From Laetmonice hystrix (taxonomy: Eukaryota), in NCBI GenBank assembly GCA_965235115.1, contig OZ249440.1:34536001-34600000 (forward strand): DNA of 64,000 nucleotides. Direction: 5' to 3'. The position numbers and the translations under genes are program-made. This document shows positions 23,617-34,086 of the stretch, one piece after another. The notes below the pieces were generated by a model, which was not told the DNA's origin, searched no databases, and saw only the letters and a program-made list of their open reading frames with translations. How positions within the stretch are numbered: position 1 is the first letter of the stretch; every line of letters begins with the position of its first letter.

Positions 23617-24328
23617 AGGGTTTAAACATGATTTTCTGTGTGTGGCCCCAGATCACAGCACTCAGACCTCGACGTTCTGTCTTGGTCCTCGTGTTGTGAT
23701 CTGGGGCCGGTTTTTTTGTTTACTTTCCCACCGTGAGCAAGGGTGAGCTTAGACGAGCAAGGGTGAGCAGAAGCTCATGCTCACCGTTTTGCTCACCGTT
23801 TTCGTTTTTTGGGTGTTTTTCTGTGAGCTTGCTCACCATGAGCACGCCTCATGGAGTGAGTGAGTGAGTAGTAGTGGTTTTGCGCCGTGTCGGCATCTAG
23901 GGCCATATTCACGGCGAAAACAGAGTTATAAGACCATAAAACCAAAGGAACCTATTTTATCCCGGGTCCCAACGGGAACACCACCAAAACACATCTATAA
24001 AAGATTCAGAAGTCCAGCCTCTGACAAGAACTCCAAAATCACTCCTGGTCTGATATTGCTAAAAAGATCCTTAAGACTCGTCTCATTATAAAACCTTTGT
24101 CTGATGAGAGTAAAATCACCACATTCAAGTAAAAGATGCTTCAGTGTCAAAGGACACTGACAGCCATGACGCACGCCTCATGGAAAAAAGCAACCCAAAA
24201 ATACACGAAACGGTTAGAATGAGCTCATGCTCACCCTTGCTCAGCTCAGCTCACCCTTGCTCACAGTGGAAAAGTAAACAAAAAAACCGGGCCCTGGGGT
24301 CACACACTGAAAATCATGTTTAAACCTT
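23617..24328. mobile_element. Small foldback MITE interrupted by a second MITE (~23707-24293)
   Basis: Outer inverted repeats GGTTTAAACATGATTTTC...GAAAATCATGTTTAAACC. Inner TIRs CCGGTTTTTTTGTTTACTTT...GTGAGCAAGGGTGAGC and its reverse complement. Confidence 0.8.
23856..24170 (-). mobile_element. 5'-truncated Nimb-like LINE (315 bp) with 14-bp TSD
   Basis: TSD GCACGCCTCATGGA at 23842-23855 and 24171-24184. Confidence 0.95.
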
Positions 24329-25165
24329 TAGGCCAACAATTCTTATTTCAGGCCGACAATTTTCAGCCAAAGCCAAAGACCCAGTGGGCCGACAGCAATT
24401 TTTACTTCCGAAATCGGCACTAGTCACTGAAACAACAAACTCCCGAAAATACTTTCATCACGTTAACTAGCTCCGCCTAAGTTGCAACAAAGAATGTAAA
24501 TAATGGTGCGTTCTTTGATAATGGATGTGTAGACACTCTAGTCTAGTTCAACATGCCAAAGCATGCAGAAAGTTTGATGTTGTGACCGGCAAAGAACAGA
24601 AAGTCTGAAACAGCACACATCTATGAAAAGGACAAAAGGTAAAGAAAATTTCAAAAAGTTTGGAAAGAGGGAAGGCCCTGAGAAGGATGGTGGCGATTAG
24701 AAGATTGCTTGTACATACTGAAGAGTGTACCCAGAACACGTAGGACCTAAATGTGCATTTATTCGTGGGTGCAGACAGTAAAAATTGCGCGAAATAAAGC
24801 ACCACAAAAGTCTTTATGGCCACAACATGGCAGAAAAGACACGTCTTGCAAAGACTTCGAAGGCAGGGACCAATCAGGAAGATTGGGCCATTCAAATCCT
24901 TGAGCAGGCAACTGTGCAGAAAGTTTCCACAATGTTTAGAACTGTGATTGCAGTTGGAATTGCGTCTTTGAAAAAATAATTTTGTGGTAGTGATTTAGGC
25001 CTATTATAATAAACTTTTTTTCACAGGGTGAACGTCCAGCTTTTAGGCGTCTGTAAATGTCTTCAACGGTTATGACAACATTTTTGGTCATTTATGGAAC
25101 CCTTCAAGGTTTGGCCAGCATTTTTAAAGCCCAACACAGCCTCAGTACCTGCCTGAATATCAGCA

Positions 25166-25415
25166 ATGGAGTTTGACAGTATACTGGCACCATCTGTGGT
25201 GTGTGAGGTGGAGACCAGTGCAAAACAACCAACTGCACTTCTCCTCCCACTGCTTGGTACATGCGGAAATGTAAATAGTGCCAGTGACCGACAGAAACTG
25301 GTTGAACAGTTGATTATCACTAAGAGAGACTGTGAAATGATAGAAAACACCACAAGAGGCCAGTCAAACAATGTGGCATGGTTCCAACAGTTCAGAGGAA
25401 CCATGACATCATTCT
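25166..25415 (+). pseudogene. YqaJ-like (lambda exonuclease family) domain fragment, probably a transposon accessory gene
   Basis: IENTTRGQSNNVAWFQQFRGTMTS matches the start of the YqaJ motif (T..Q....W...R...TAS). Confidence 0.55.
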
Positions 25416-25739
25416 TTGCTGCCCCCTCAGGTGACCAAGACTGCTTTGAAGTGGGGTTTGGCACAGGAAGACAAGGCCCGCCAAGTGATGAGGACTGTCT
25501 GTCTGCCCTTCTGGCATATGAGGTAAAGGTGTAGTGACAGACCATTTCTTGATAGTGGTCCAGATTGCTTACTTTCACTGCAATAATAAATGAATTAAGT
25601 AATTAAAAAAAAAATTAAAATTTTAAAAAATTAATGAAATAAAATTGTTAATAAATGATTCTCTGAATAACTAAATGAGCTTTAATCATGAATACTCACT
25701 ATTAAACATCACATTCATGAAGGCATCAATGAAAACAGT

Positions 25740-26240
25740 AAAAAGACCATAAAATAAAAGGGGCCTATTTTATCCCGGGCCCCAAAGGGAAAATCATTGA
25801 AACACACTCCATCCTGTCAGCCAAACAGGGCTACCGACAAGCCTGAACTATAAAAGTCTGAGTCTGAAGTCCATTCTCTGACAGAAACTCTAAAATCACT
25901 CATTGCTAAAAAGATCCTTAAGACTTGTCTCATTATAAAACCTTTGCCTGATGAGACTAAAATCACCACACTTGAGTAAAAGATGCTTCAGTGTCAAAGG
26001 ACACTGACAGCCATAACATTCTGGAGGTGGCTCCCCCTTCAATAAAAACACATGGGTTAATCGAGAACGACCAATCCTGCATTGAGTAAAAACAATTTCA
26101 TGCCTACGTTGGGTTAGGCCGTGACAATACCTTTGGTTTACAACGGTACTGATCTGATACAATTTATTGTTTGGTTGTCCATCCCATTCGGCCTGCCATT
26201 TGTTCTTACATATGCCCAGATGGTAGATTTGAGATCAGAG
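25740..26240 (-). mobile_element. Older Nimb-like LINE 3' fragment (long 3'UTR type, tail lost)
   Basis: Homologous to ~28083-28610. Confidence 0.85.
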
Positions 26241-27200
26241 GCTGGGATTGGACACGGTTCAGCCAGACCGTGAAAAGGTGGCAGCCATCTGTGACTTGTC
26301 CAAGCCCCAAACGTCCGAGACGTTAGGAAGCACGCAACATGAGTGTCAGCAGAGCTTTGTTACTCTCAAGCAAAAGTTGTGTGATCCACCAGTATTGGCA
26401 TTCCCAAACCCAGGCCAGCCATATGTTCTCTATGTTGATGCATCAAACTCTTGTATAGGTGGCTTATTAGCTCTGGATTTTCCTGACGGCGAACGACCCA
26501 TACACTATCTCTCACCCCAGTTATCAAAGAGCCAAGAGAATTGGCCTATAATTGAGAAGGAGGCATAAATATGCCATAATGTTTGCATTACAGAAACTGA
26601 GGCAGTATCTTTACGGAGCGTCATTCAATATAAAGACCGATCATAAATCCCTGAAGTTTCTGTTTGAGACTGAGATGAAGAATGTAGAGATCCAGAGGTG
26701 GGCCCTCGTGCTTTCTGAGTATGAGTAGGGTACCGAGTAGTCGACTCCAGCGGTTCACTCATGCGTGGACCAGTCGGAAGGCGGGGCCCACCAGATCGGT
26801 GTGATCAACTCAGACATGGTCGGCATAGATATGTGTGAACCATATCCAACTTCGAAAGCAGGTAATAAGTACCTTCTTACGATCACCTGCCTCTACACAG
26901 GTAATAAGTACCTTCTTACGATCACCTGCCTCTACACGGTTGGCCTGAGGTCTTTGCAGTCCCAGACAAGACTGTGCAGACAGTCGCTGCAGTAATTCTG
27001 GAAGACTTGATAGTGCACCATTCCTGTCCCCTTGCCCTTTTGTCTGATAATGGTCGTGAGTTTTGCAATGAGGTCATTGACCAAGAATGTGCTGAAGATA
27101 TATTGTATTCACACTTCTGCATCATCCTGCTGGGAATGGTGCAACAGAAATGTTCCATAGAGTCTGGAATGATATGGTGTCCAAACAGAAGTGTCCCAAA
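26241..27200 (+). pseudogene. Ty3/Gypsy pol remnant (RT connection/RNase H and integrase)
   Basis: PPVLAFP..YVDAS..IGGLL..PIHYLS..IEKEA; integrase VGIDMCEPYP..GNKYLLT and SDNGREF; 39-bp tandem duplication at ~26860-26938. Confidence 0.85.
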
Positions 27201-27794
27201 CAGAGCCTGGAGAAGACTGGGTTACGCCGATTCCCGCCATGCTCATTCTTTAGATTGGGTGCAGTGCCGATTTTGGGTTTAGTACAGGTTAATGCGAAAG
27301 CACCACCTGAGCACGTGTTTGTCCAACAAAGGGCAGAGGTATTCACGCAGCAATCAACATGGACACTAGGGTTTACACTTGATTTAATGGCATATGAAAC
27401 GTACCTGGAACAAACGAGAGCCAGCATAAACTTGTCAGATTGGCTTGTAATCAAAGCAATAAGTGTAGCAGCCAGGCAGCCCAACATTGTCAAGGTTTAC
27501 CAGAAGTTGTTCGAGAAACATCTGTAACGGGTATGATTTTTGTGTGACCAAGTACCCCTATGTGCACTGCAGTCTCGACTAAGCGCTTATTAAGCGCCAC
27601 CACGCGGCGCTTAATAAGTGGCTAGTGACTGGTCAAAATGATACGGATATTAGACGCTTCATTCTAAGACTCCCAGACTTACTGACGTTATGGTTTAAAA
27701 GAGTTATTTACTGTTTCTTTTATAGTTGTTGCGGTTTGATTGAAAAAGACATCCGACATATACTTGAATATAGATGACCAATGATCATGTAGAA

Positions 27795-28011
27795 GTGAGA
27801 GTGTGTAGTGGTGGTTTTTTGCGTTTTAGATTTGGAAAACTTAAAACCATTTTCAACTGACCAAGTATGGATTCTATTAAGACAGAGTTGGAGTTGTCTT
27901 TCAATGGCATTCATGTTTTTGCCTCTGCAGCAGACGTTAAAGTCATCAACGAACAGGCTGCAGGGCATGCCAGTTTTAACCGAGTTAACAATGCTGTTGA
28001 TCTTAAGACTA
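27795..28011 (-). mobile_element. Nimb-like tail remnant plus RT fragment (target of the full-length copy; continues at 33696-33794)
   Basis: Collinear with the RT region ~29747-30033 of the full-length copy. Confidence 0.85.
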
Positions 28012-28190
28012 GTGAGTGAGTGAGTAGTGGTGGTTTTCCGCCGTGCCGGCATCCGGGGCCATCTTCACGGCGAAAACAGGGTTAAAAGACCATGAAATGA
28101 AAGGAACCTATTTTATCCCGGGCCCCAACGGGAATATCATTAAAACACACTCTATCCTGTCAGCCCAACCGGGCTATCGACGAGCCTGAA

Positions 28191-31100
28191 CTATAAAAGA
28201 GTCAGAAGTCCAGCTTCTGACAAAAACTCTAAAATCACTCCTGGTCTGACATTGATAAAAAGATCCCTAAGACTTGTCTCACTATAAAACCGTTGTCTGA
28301 TCAGAGTAAAATCACCACACTCAAGTAAAAGATGCTTCAGTGTCAAAGGACACTGACAGCCATGACACTCTGGAGGTGGCTCCCCCTTAAATAAAAACAC
28401 GTGGGTTAATCTAGAATGACCAATCCTGCATCGAGTATAAACAATTTCATGCCTACGTTGGGTTAGGCCGTGATGATACCTTTGGTTCACGACAGGACTG
28501 ATCTGATACAATTTATTGTTTGGTTGTTCATCCCATTCAGCCTGCCATTTGTTCTTAATGTAAGCCCAGATGGTAGGTCTGAGGTCAGAGGCTGGAATTG
28601 GACACAGTTCGACGTCTGTTTCAAGAGCCCTCTTGGCAGTTCTATCAGCTTGCTCATTGCCCGGGATGCCAACATGACCAGGCACCCAGCAAAAGTGAAT
28701 ATCAAAGTTTGCATTGGCAAGCACTGCCAACTTGGACAAGATTTGAACGATCACTGGGTGATCTGTGTTCAAGTTAGCAAGTGCTTGCAGACAGGATAAG
28801 GAATCCGAGAAAATGAGGAAATCCTTTTCACTAGAAACTTCAATATTTTCAAGGGCAAGAAGCAGGGCCCGGGCCTCTGCTGAGAAGATGGAACTTTGCC
28901 CTGAGATGCGGGTGCCGAAGTTGTGCTTGCCATGAACTGCAGCCGCAGACACATCACTGCCATCCTTTGAGCCATCAGTATAGAAGGCATAATGTGAGGG
29001 ATACCTTGCCTGGACGTCAAGAAAATGTTCAAAATATGTCAGGGGATGAGTCTCTGACTTCTTCAGTTGAGCCAACTGAAAAATGACGTCAGGCTTTTTC
29101 AGGTCCCAAGGAGGAATGTTGCAAAAATGTGTCTGCCCCAGGACGTGCAGATCAACATCCAGTTCCTCTAGATGAGGTTTCACCCTCAGTCCAAAAGGAC
29201 GTATGTACGTTTCCTTTCTTTCATATAAATGTTGGAACTGAGGGTGAAAAACGCAATTGTAAGCTGGATTTGAACTGTTTGTCCCGAGCTTGACTGCATA
29301 CTGCAGAGCCAGCTTCAGACGCCTGTTGTCAAGCGATGGCTCTCGGGCCTCCACATAGAGGCTCTGAACAGGAGACGTTCTAAAAGCCCCAAGTGAAAGC
29401 CGCAAACCCTGGTGGTGAACCGTGTCCAAAAGCCGAATGTAAGACTTACAAGCAGAACCATAAACTATGCTACCGTAATCGAGCTTCGACCGGATTAAAG
29501 CTCTGTACAGTTGTAAAAGGACTGTACTGTCTGCCCCCCAGTTTGTGCCAGATAAAACCTTGAGAACATCCAGAGCCTTAAGGCATCTGGATTTCAGTGA
29601 TTTAATGTGAGGGACAAAAGACAGCTTGCTGTCAAAAGTGAGTCCCAGAAACTTTGTCTCCTTAACGACCTTGATAGGATCTCCATCCATTGTCAACTCA
29701 GGGTCAAGGTGGAAAGCACGCAGTTTGCAGAAATGCATGCAGACCGTTTTAGACTTTGAAAACTTAAAACCATTTTCCACCGACCAAGTGTGGATTCTGT
29801 TGAGACAGAGTTGGAGCTGCCTCTCAATGGCATTCATGTTTTTGCCTCTGCAGCAGACGTCAAAGTCATCGACAAACAGGCTGCAGGGCATGCCAGTTTT
29901 AACCGAGTTAACAATGCTGTTGATCTTAATACTAAAAAGGGTAACGGACAAAATGCTTCCCTGAGGCACACCTAATTCTTGGTCGTGCAAGTCAGACAGG
30001 GTCGTGCCTACTCTGACTTGAAAATGTCTGTTGGATAAAAACTGAGATATGAAAAGGGGCAAACGCCCCCTAAAACCCATATCATGTAAATCTTTTAAAA
30101 TGCCGTACTTCCATGTTGTGTCGTATGCCTTTTCAAGGTCGAAAAATACGGCAACAACGTGTTCACGGTTGATAAAAGCATCTCGGATGTATGTCTCGAG
30201 TCTGATTAGATGATCAAGAGTACTTCTCCCTCGCCGGAAGCCACACTGAAACTCGGTTATGAGCTGCTCAGACTCCAGCTTCCAGACGAGGCGATCATTA
30301 ATCATTCTCTCCATGGTTTTGCACAGGCAACTTGTTAAGGCTATTGGTCTGTAATTGTTAGCTTCACTATGGTCTTTTCCTGGTTTTGGGATGGGGATGA
30401 TTATTGCTTCTTGCCAGGAACGGGGTATATTACCAGTTATCCAGATATTGTTGAAAATGTGAAGAAGTATGAGAAGGGTGGTATCAGGTAAATGTTTTAA
30501 AAATTGGTAATGTATTCTGTCAGGTCCAACTGCAGTGTCGTGTGATTTTTTAAGAGAGCATTTGAGTTCTTCAATAGAGAAGAGTTGGTTGTACTCTTCT
30601 CTGTTGTCAGAATGGAAGTTTAGTTTTTGTTTCTCTTTTTGAGCACGAATGGCTTGGAATGGAGGGAGGCAGTTCCTGGAGGAGGAGTTTGTTTGAAATG
30701 TTTCGGCTAGTTTGTTTGCTATTGCATCTGTGGTGGTTAATAAGGTGTTTTGATGTTTTAAGTGTTGAACTCCAGTACCACCTCCCTTCCCTTTAAGTTT
30801 CCGTATCATGTTCCAGATTTTTGTGATAGGAGTACGAGAGGTCAGGCTGGAGACATAGTCTCTCCAGCTCTGCCTCCGTCTCTCTTTACAGATACGGCGT
30901 GCCCTTGCTCTCATGATTTTAAAGTTGGTAAGGTTCACTGCAGTTGGGTGCCTGTTAAAAAGGCGTTCTGCTTTCTTGCGGTCTTTAATTGCCTGCTTGC
31001 AGTCTTCATTAAACCATGGATTTGAGACATGTTTAGGAATTGTCAAGGTTTTAGGAACTGTCCTGTCTGCAATGGAGATTAAAAGCGAGGTAAAATCATC

Positions 31101-31874
31101 CATTGCTTCAGGATCGTTAATGGTGTCTGCTGTGAATTCCTCTTGACAGAGGGTCTGGAAGGAGTGCCGGTCGGCTTTCTTAAGTTGCCACCGCTGTTGC
31201 TTTTCCCCTATGTTGGGTCCTTCATAGGTAAGGATGGTGGGAAAGTGGTCACTCCCGCAAAGGTCATCCCAGACCCTCCAGGAAAAATCCAGCAGCAGAT
31301 CTGGTTCAGCTATTGCAAGGTCAATGGCTGTATAAGTGCCATGACCGGGATGTAAGTATGTGTTTGAACCATCATTAAAAATGCACAGAGCATGATTATC
31401 AATGAACTCTTCAATCCTCCTGCCCTTGCCATCAGTTGTGGTGCCACCCCATAAGGGATTGTGGCCGTTAAAGTCTCCCAAAAGGAGATATGGGGATGGT
31501 AGTTGACCCACAAGATCATCAAGATCCTGCTGGGTCAAGACACTATTTGGCGGAATATATATGGAACAGATAGTGATGGCTTTATGCAGAGTTAGGCGAA
31601 TGGCTATTGCTTGTAACGGTGTGTCTATTGTTACAGGGCTATGGATGAGGTCTTTTCGAACCAGAATGGCAGTGCCGCCAGCAGCACGGTCACCATCTGG
31701 TGCAAAACCAAAGAAAGTCTGATAGCCCTTAAATGAGACCTTGTCTCGGGCGGTAAGGAATGTTTCTTGTAAGCTAAAGACAAGAGGGTTGAGGTTTTCT
31801 GCTAAAACTCTGAGTTCATTAAAATTGGCTCTAAAGCCTCGACAATTCCATTGAAGGAAGCATTTGCCTGCCAT
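28191..31874 (-). CDS. LINE ORF2p: APE endonuclease, RT, RNase H, C-terminal Zn knuckle
   Basis: QWNCRG/LQET/GDFN/SDH; YRPIALTS, FDLEKAYD, PQGS, FVDD; RNase H YTDGS/AEA/SDS/GNEQAD; C..CQC....HLLLEC. No stops. Confidence 0.97.
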   Translation of the reverse strand: MAGKCFLQWNCRGFRANFNELRVLAENLNPLVFSLQETFLTARDKVSFKGYQTFFGFAPDGDRAAGGTAILVRKDLIHSPVTIDTPLQAIAIRLTLHKAITICSIYIPPNSVLTQQDLDDLVGQLPSPYLLLGDFNGHNPLWGGTTTDGKGRRIEEFIDNHALCIFNDGSNTYLHPGHGTYTAIDLAIAEPDLLLDFSWRVWDDLCGSDHFPTILTYEGPNIGEKQQRWQLKKADRHSFQTLCQEEFTADTINDPEAMDDFTSLLISIADRTVPKTLTIPKHVSNPWFNEDCKQAIKDRKKAERLFNRHPTAVNLTNFKIMRARARRICKERRRQSWRDYVSSLTSRTPITKIWNMIRKLKGKGGGTGVQHLKHQNTLLTTTDAIANKLAETFQTNSSSRNCLPPFQAIRAQKEKQKLNFHSDNREEYNQLFSIEELKCSLKKSHDTAVGPDRIHYQFLKHLPDTTLLILLHIFNNIWITGNIPRSWQEAIIIPIPKPGKDHSEANNYRPIALTSCLCKTMERMINDRLVWKLESEQLITEFQCGFRRGRSTLDHLIRLETYIRDAFINREHVVAVFFDLEKAYDTTWKYGILKDLHDMGFRGRLPLFISQFLSNRHFQVRVGTTLSDLHDQELGVPQGSILSVTLFSIKINSIVNSVKTGMPCSLFVDDFDVCCRGKNMNAIERQLQLCLNRIHTWSVENGFKFSKSKTVCMHFCKLRAFHLDPELTMDGDPIKVVKETKFLGLTFDSKLSFVPHIKSLKSRCLKALDVLKVLSGTNWGADSTVLLQLYRALIRSKLDYGSIVYGSACKSYIRLLDTVHHQGLRLSLGAFRTSPVQSLYVEAREPSLDNRRLKLALQYAVKLGTNSSNPAYNCVFHPQFQHLYERKETYIRPFGLRVKPHLEELDVDLHVLGQTHFCNIPPWDLKKPDVIFQLAQLKKSETHPLTYFEHFLDVQARYPSHYAFYTDGSKDGSDVSAAAVHGKHNFGTRISGQSSIFSAEARALLLALENIEVSSEKDFLIFSDSLSCLQALANLNTDHPVIVQILSKLAVLANANFDIHFCWVPGHVGIPGNEQADRTAKRALETDVELCPIPASDLRPTIWAYIKNKWQAEWDEQPNNKLYQISPVVNQRYHHGLTQRRHEIVYTRCRIGHSRLTHVFLFKGEPPPECHGCQCPLTLKHLLLECGDFTLIRQRFYSETSLRDLFINVRPGVILEFLSEAGLLTLL

Positions 31875-33169
31875 CAAGGTGGTTTAACAGGCAAACGCCC
31901 CCTAGTTTTTATTTTGGGGGAAAGGCTGCGACTACGGCAAGATGTAGCGTCAGCCATTTCAACATCTTGAAGATGCTGAAACTTATTTGTGAGTGCTATT
32001 GCACTGTTGTTGGCGGCTGCTTTGGGCAGCCGATCTGTAATTATTTTCTTCTTTGGTTGATCTTTTTTAGGGGATGGTTCTTTGGGACTCTGTTGATCTT
32101 TTTTGGGGGATGGTTCCTTGGTACTCGGCCCGGCCTGTGGAGGAGGAACCGAGGTTGTCTGGCTTTGTGTTGAGACGGCTTTCTTAAGTGGTTGACTCGA
32201 GATGGCAATCTTAGGTGGTTGGCTCGTGCTGTCAGCAGGATCAGGGTAGGTCACGGGTTTATCCCCCTTGACCCACACCATCTCCGTTTGACAAGCGGAA
32301 GTCCGTGTGGTAGGCTTGGTGACAGCAGCATAGGTTTTAATGGTTGGTGGAAGCATATACTGCTCCACCAACTTGCGTGCCTCAGGAAAGCTGATCTTTC
32401 TTTCTGTCTTTACCTTCAGAATTTCTTTTTCCTTTTTCCACACGGAACAGTCACGAGAAGTGGCAGAGTGGTCCTCCCCACAGTTTGCACATTTTGGGGG
32501 TTTTTGACATTCCAGATGGTCATGGCCAGTCTCAGCACAGCGAGAACACTTCTGCTGATTCCGGCACGAGTCAGTCCCATGCCCAAACCTCTGGCATTTA
32601 TAGCATCTCAGAGGGTTTGGGATATAGGCATCCACCTTTACTTTCAAAAAGCCAATCTCGAGTTCCACTGGTACAGTGGGCCTGTCGAAAGTGAGAAAAT
32701 AAGTGTGTGTCTTTATGGTGTCACCATCTCGTTTCACAATCAATCTTTTCACTTCCGACACACCTTGCCAGCTCAACCCAGCAAGGATCTCCTGTTCAGT
32801 TGTGGTGTCAAGAGAGTTTGTTCGAATCACACCCTTGCTTGAGTTGAGCGTCCGGTGACGAGAGGCCTTAATACTGTAACCTGCGAGTACTGTGGCACTC
32901 AACAGGTTTGCAGATTGGGCCCTCGTGGCACACTCTACCAACAGTTGGCCAGATCTCAACCGTTTACAATCTTTGACTGTTCCAGCTATCCCCAATATGC
33001 CTTTATGTATGGCAAAAGGGGATAGCTTAGATATTGGTCGTTCAGGTTCTGCTGATTCAACAATGATGAAACGAGGCCATTCAGTCAAAGGTTCGTTCTC
33101 CATAGACCGGTCCGAGTCAGAGTCCGTTAATTTCACTAGTTTTCGTTTGGGGGGATTGTTTGATGCCAT
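31874..33169 (-). CDS. LINE ORF1p, gag-like with three CCHC zinc knuckles (431 aa)
   Basis: CYKCQRFGH....C, CSRCAETGH....C and CANCGEDH......C. Likely ATG at 33169. The stop overlaps the ORF2 start (TGATG). Confidence 0.95.
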   Translation of the reverse strand: MASNNPPKRKLVKLTDSDSDRSMENEPLTEWPRFIIVESAEPERPISKLSPFAIHKGILGIAGTVKDCKRLRSGQLLVECATRAQSANLLSATVLAGYSIKASRHRTLNSSKGVIRTNSLDTTTEQEILAGLSWQGVSEVKRLIVKRDGDTIKTHTYFLTFDRPTVPVELEIGFLKVKVDAYIPNPLRCYKCQRFGHGTDSCRNQQKCSRCAETGHDHLECQKPPKCANCGEDHSATSRDCSVWKKEKEILKVKTERKISFPEARKLVEQYMLPPTIKTYAAVTKPTTRTSACQTEMVWVKGDKPVTYPDPADSTSQPPKIAISSQPLKKAVSTQSQTTSVPPPQAGPSTKEPSPKKDQQSPKEPSPKKDQPKKKIITDRLPKAAANNSAIALTNKFQHLQDVEMADATSCRSRSLSPKIKTRGRLPVKPP

Positions 33170-33794
33170 GTTTGTGTTAGAGTGTTTCACCAACCCTATT
33201 CCCCACCCTCCACGGAGCCCAACAAGGGGAAGTGCAGAGCTGCGGTAACCAGCAGTTGCAAACCAAGGATATAGGGTTGGTATACTCAAGCAATGGAACG
33301 AAAGAGGTTGTTACCATTACTCAATTGACCCTAAGCCACCGCCTTCTAGGAATAAAGAAGAAATAGTTACGATAGATGTTGCCTATTGTTTTAGAGAATT
33401 AAATCCACTGTAAAGGGTACTCAATACAAAAAATCCTAGGGCAAGGCGTGACCAGCCGATTGATTGGATCGGGCCTCTCCAACCTCCCGTCTAGGTGAAG
33501 TAGGAGCCAAAGCACTGTGTTGGCCCTGTGAAAAGCCGCAGCAATTCACCGTCCTCAGGTACCAGGACCTCTTCCTCCACCGACACGGGTCGCGACTCAC
33601 GGCAAACAAGTCGCCCCATTTATTCGCCTCTTACGAACAGCCAGGGGGGGCTGGGGAACATTCTTACCCCGGTCCCCACGGGGATCTTAAGACTAAAAAG
33701 GGTAACAGACAAAATGCTTCCCTGAGGCACACCTAATTCTTGGTCATGCAAGTCAGAAAGGGTAGTGCCTACTCTGACTTGAAAGTGTCTGTTC

Positions 33795-34086
33795 GAGTGA
33801 GTGAGTGAGTAGTGGTGGTTTTGCGACGTGTCGGCATCCGGGGCCATCCTCACGGCGAAAACAAAGTTATAAGACCATAAAACTAAAGGAACCTATTTTA
33901 TCCCGGGTCCCAACGGGAACACCACCAAAACACATCTATAAAAGAGTCAGAAGTCCAGCCTCTGACAAGAACTCTAAAATCACTCCTGGTCTGACATTGC
34001 TAAAAAGATCCCTAAGACTCGTCTCATTATAAAACCTTTGTCTGATGAGAGTAAAATCGCCACATTCGAGTAAAAGATGCTTCAGT
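33795..34086 (-). mobile_element. 5'-truncated Nimb-like LINE (short 3'UTR type)
   Basis: Tail, 3'UTR and ORF2 C-terminus. Confidence 0.9.

Larger units (their letters stand above)
28012..33682 (-). mobile_element. Full-length intact I-group (Nimb/Ingi-like) LINE, 5671 bp
   Basis: 13-bp TSD GATCTTAAGACTA (27999-28011, 33683-33695); two intact ORFs; 3' stem-loop; (ACTC)n tail. Confidence 0.97.
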
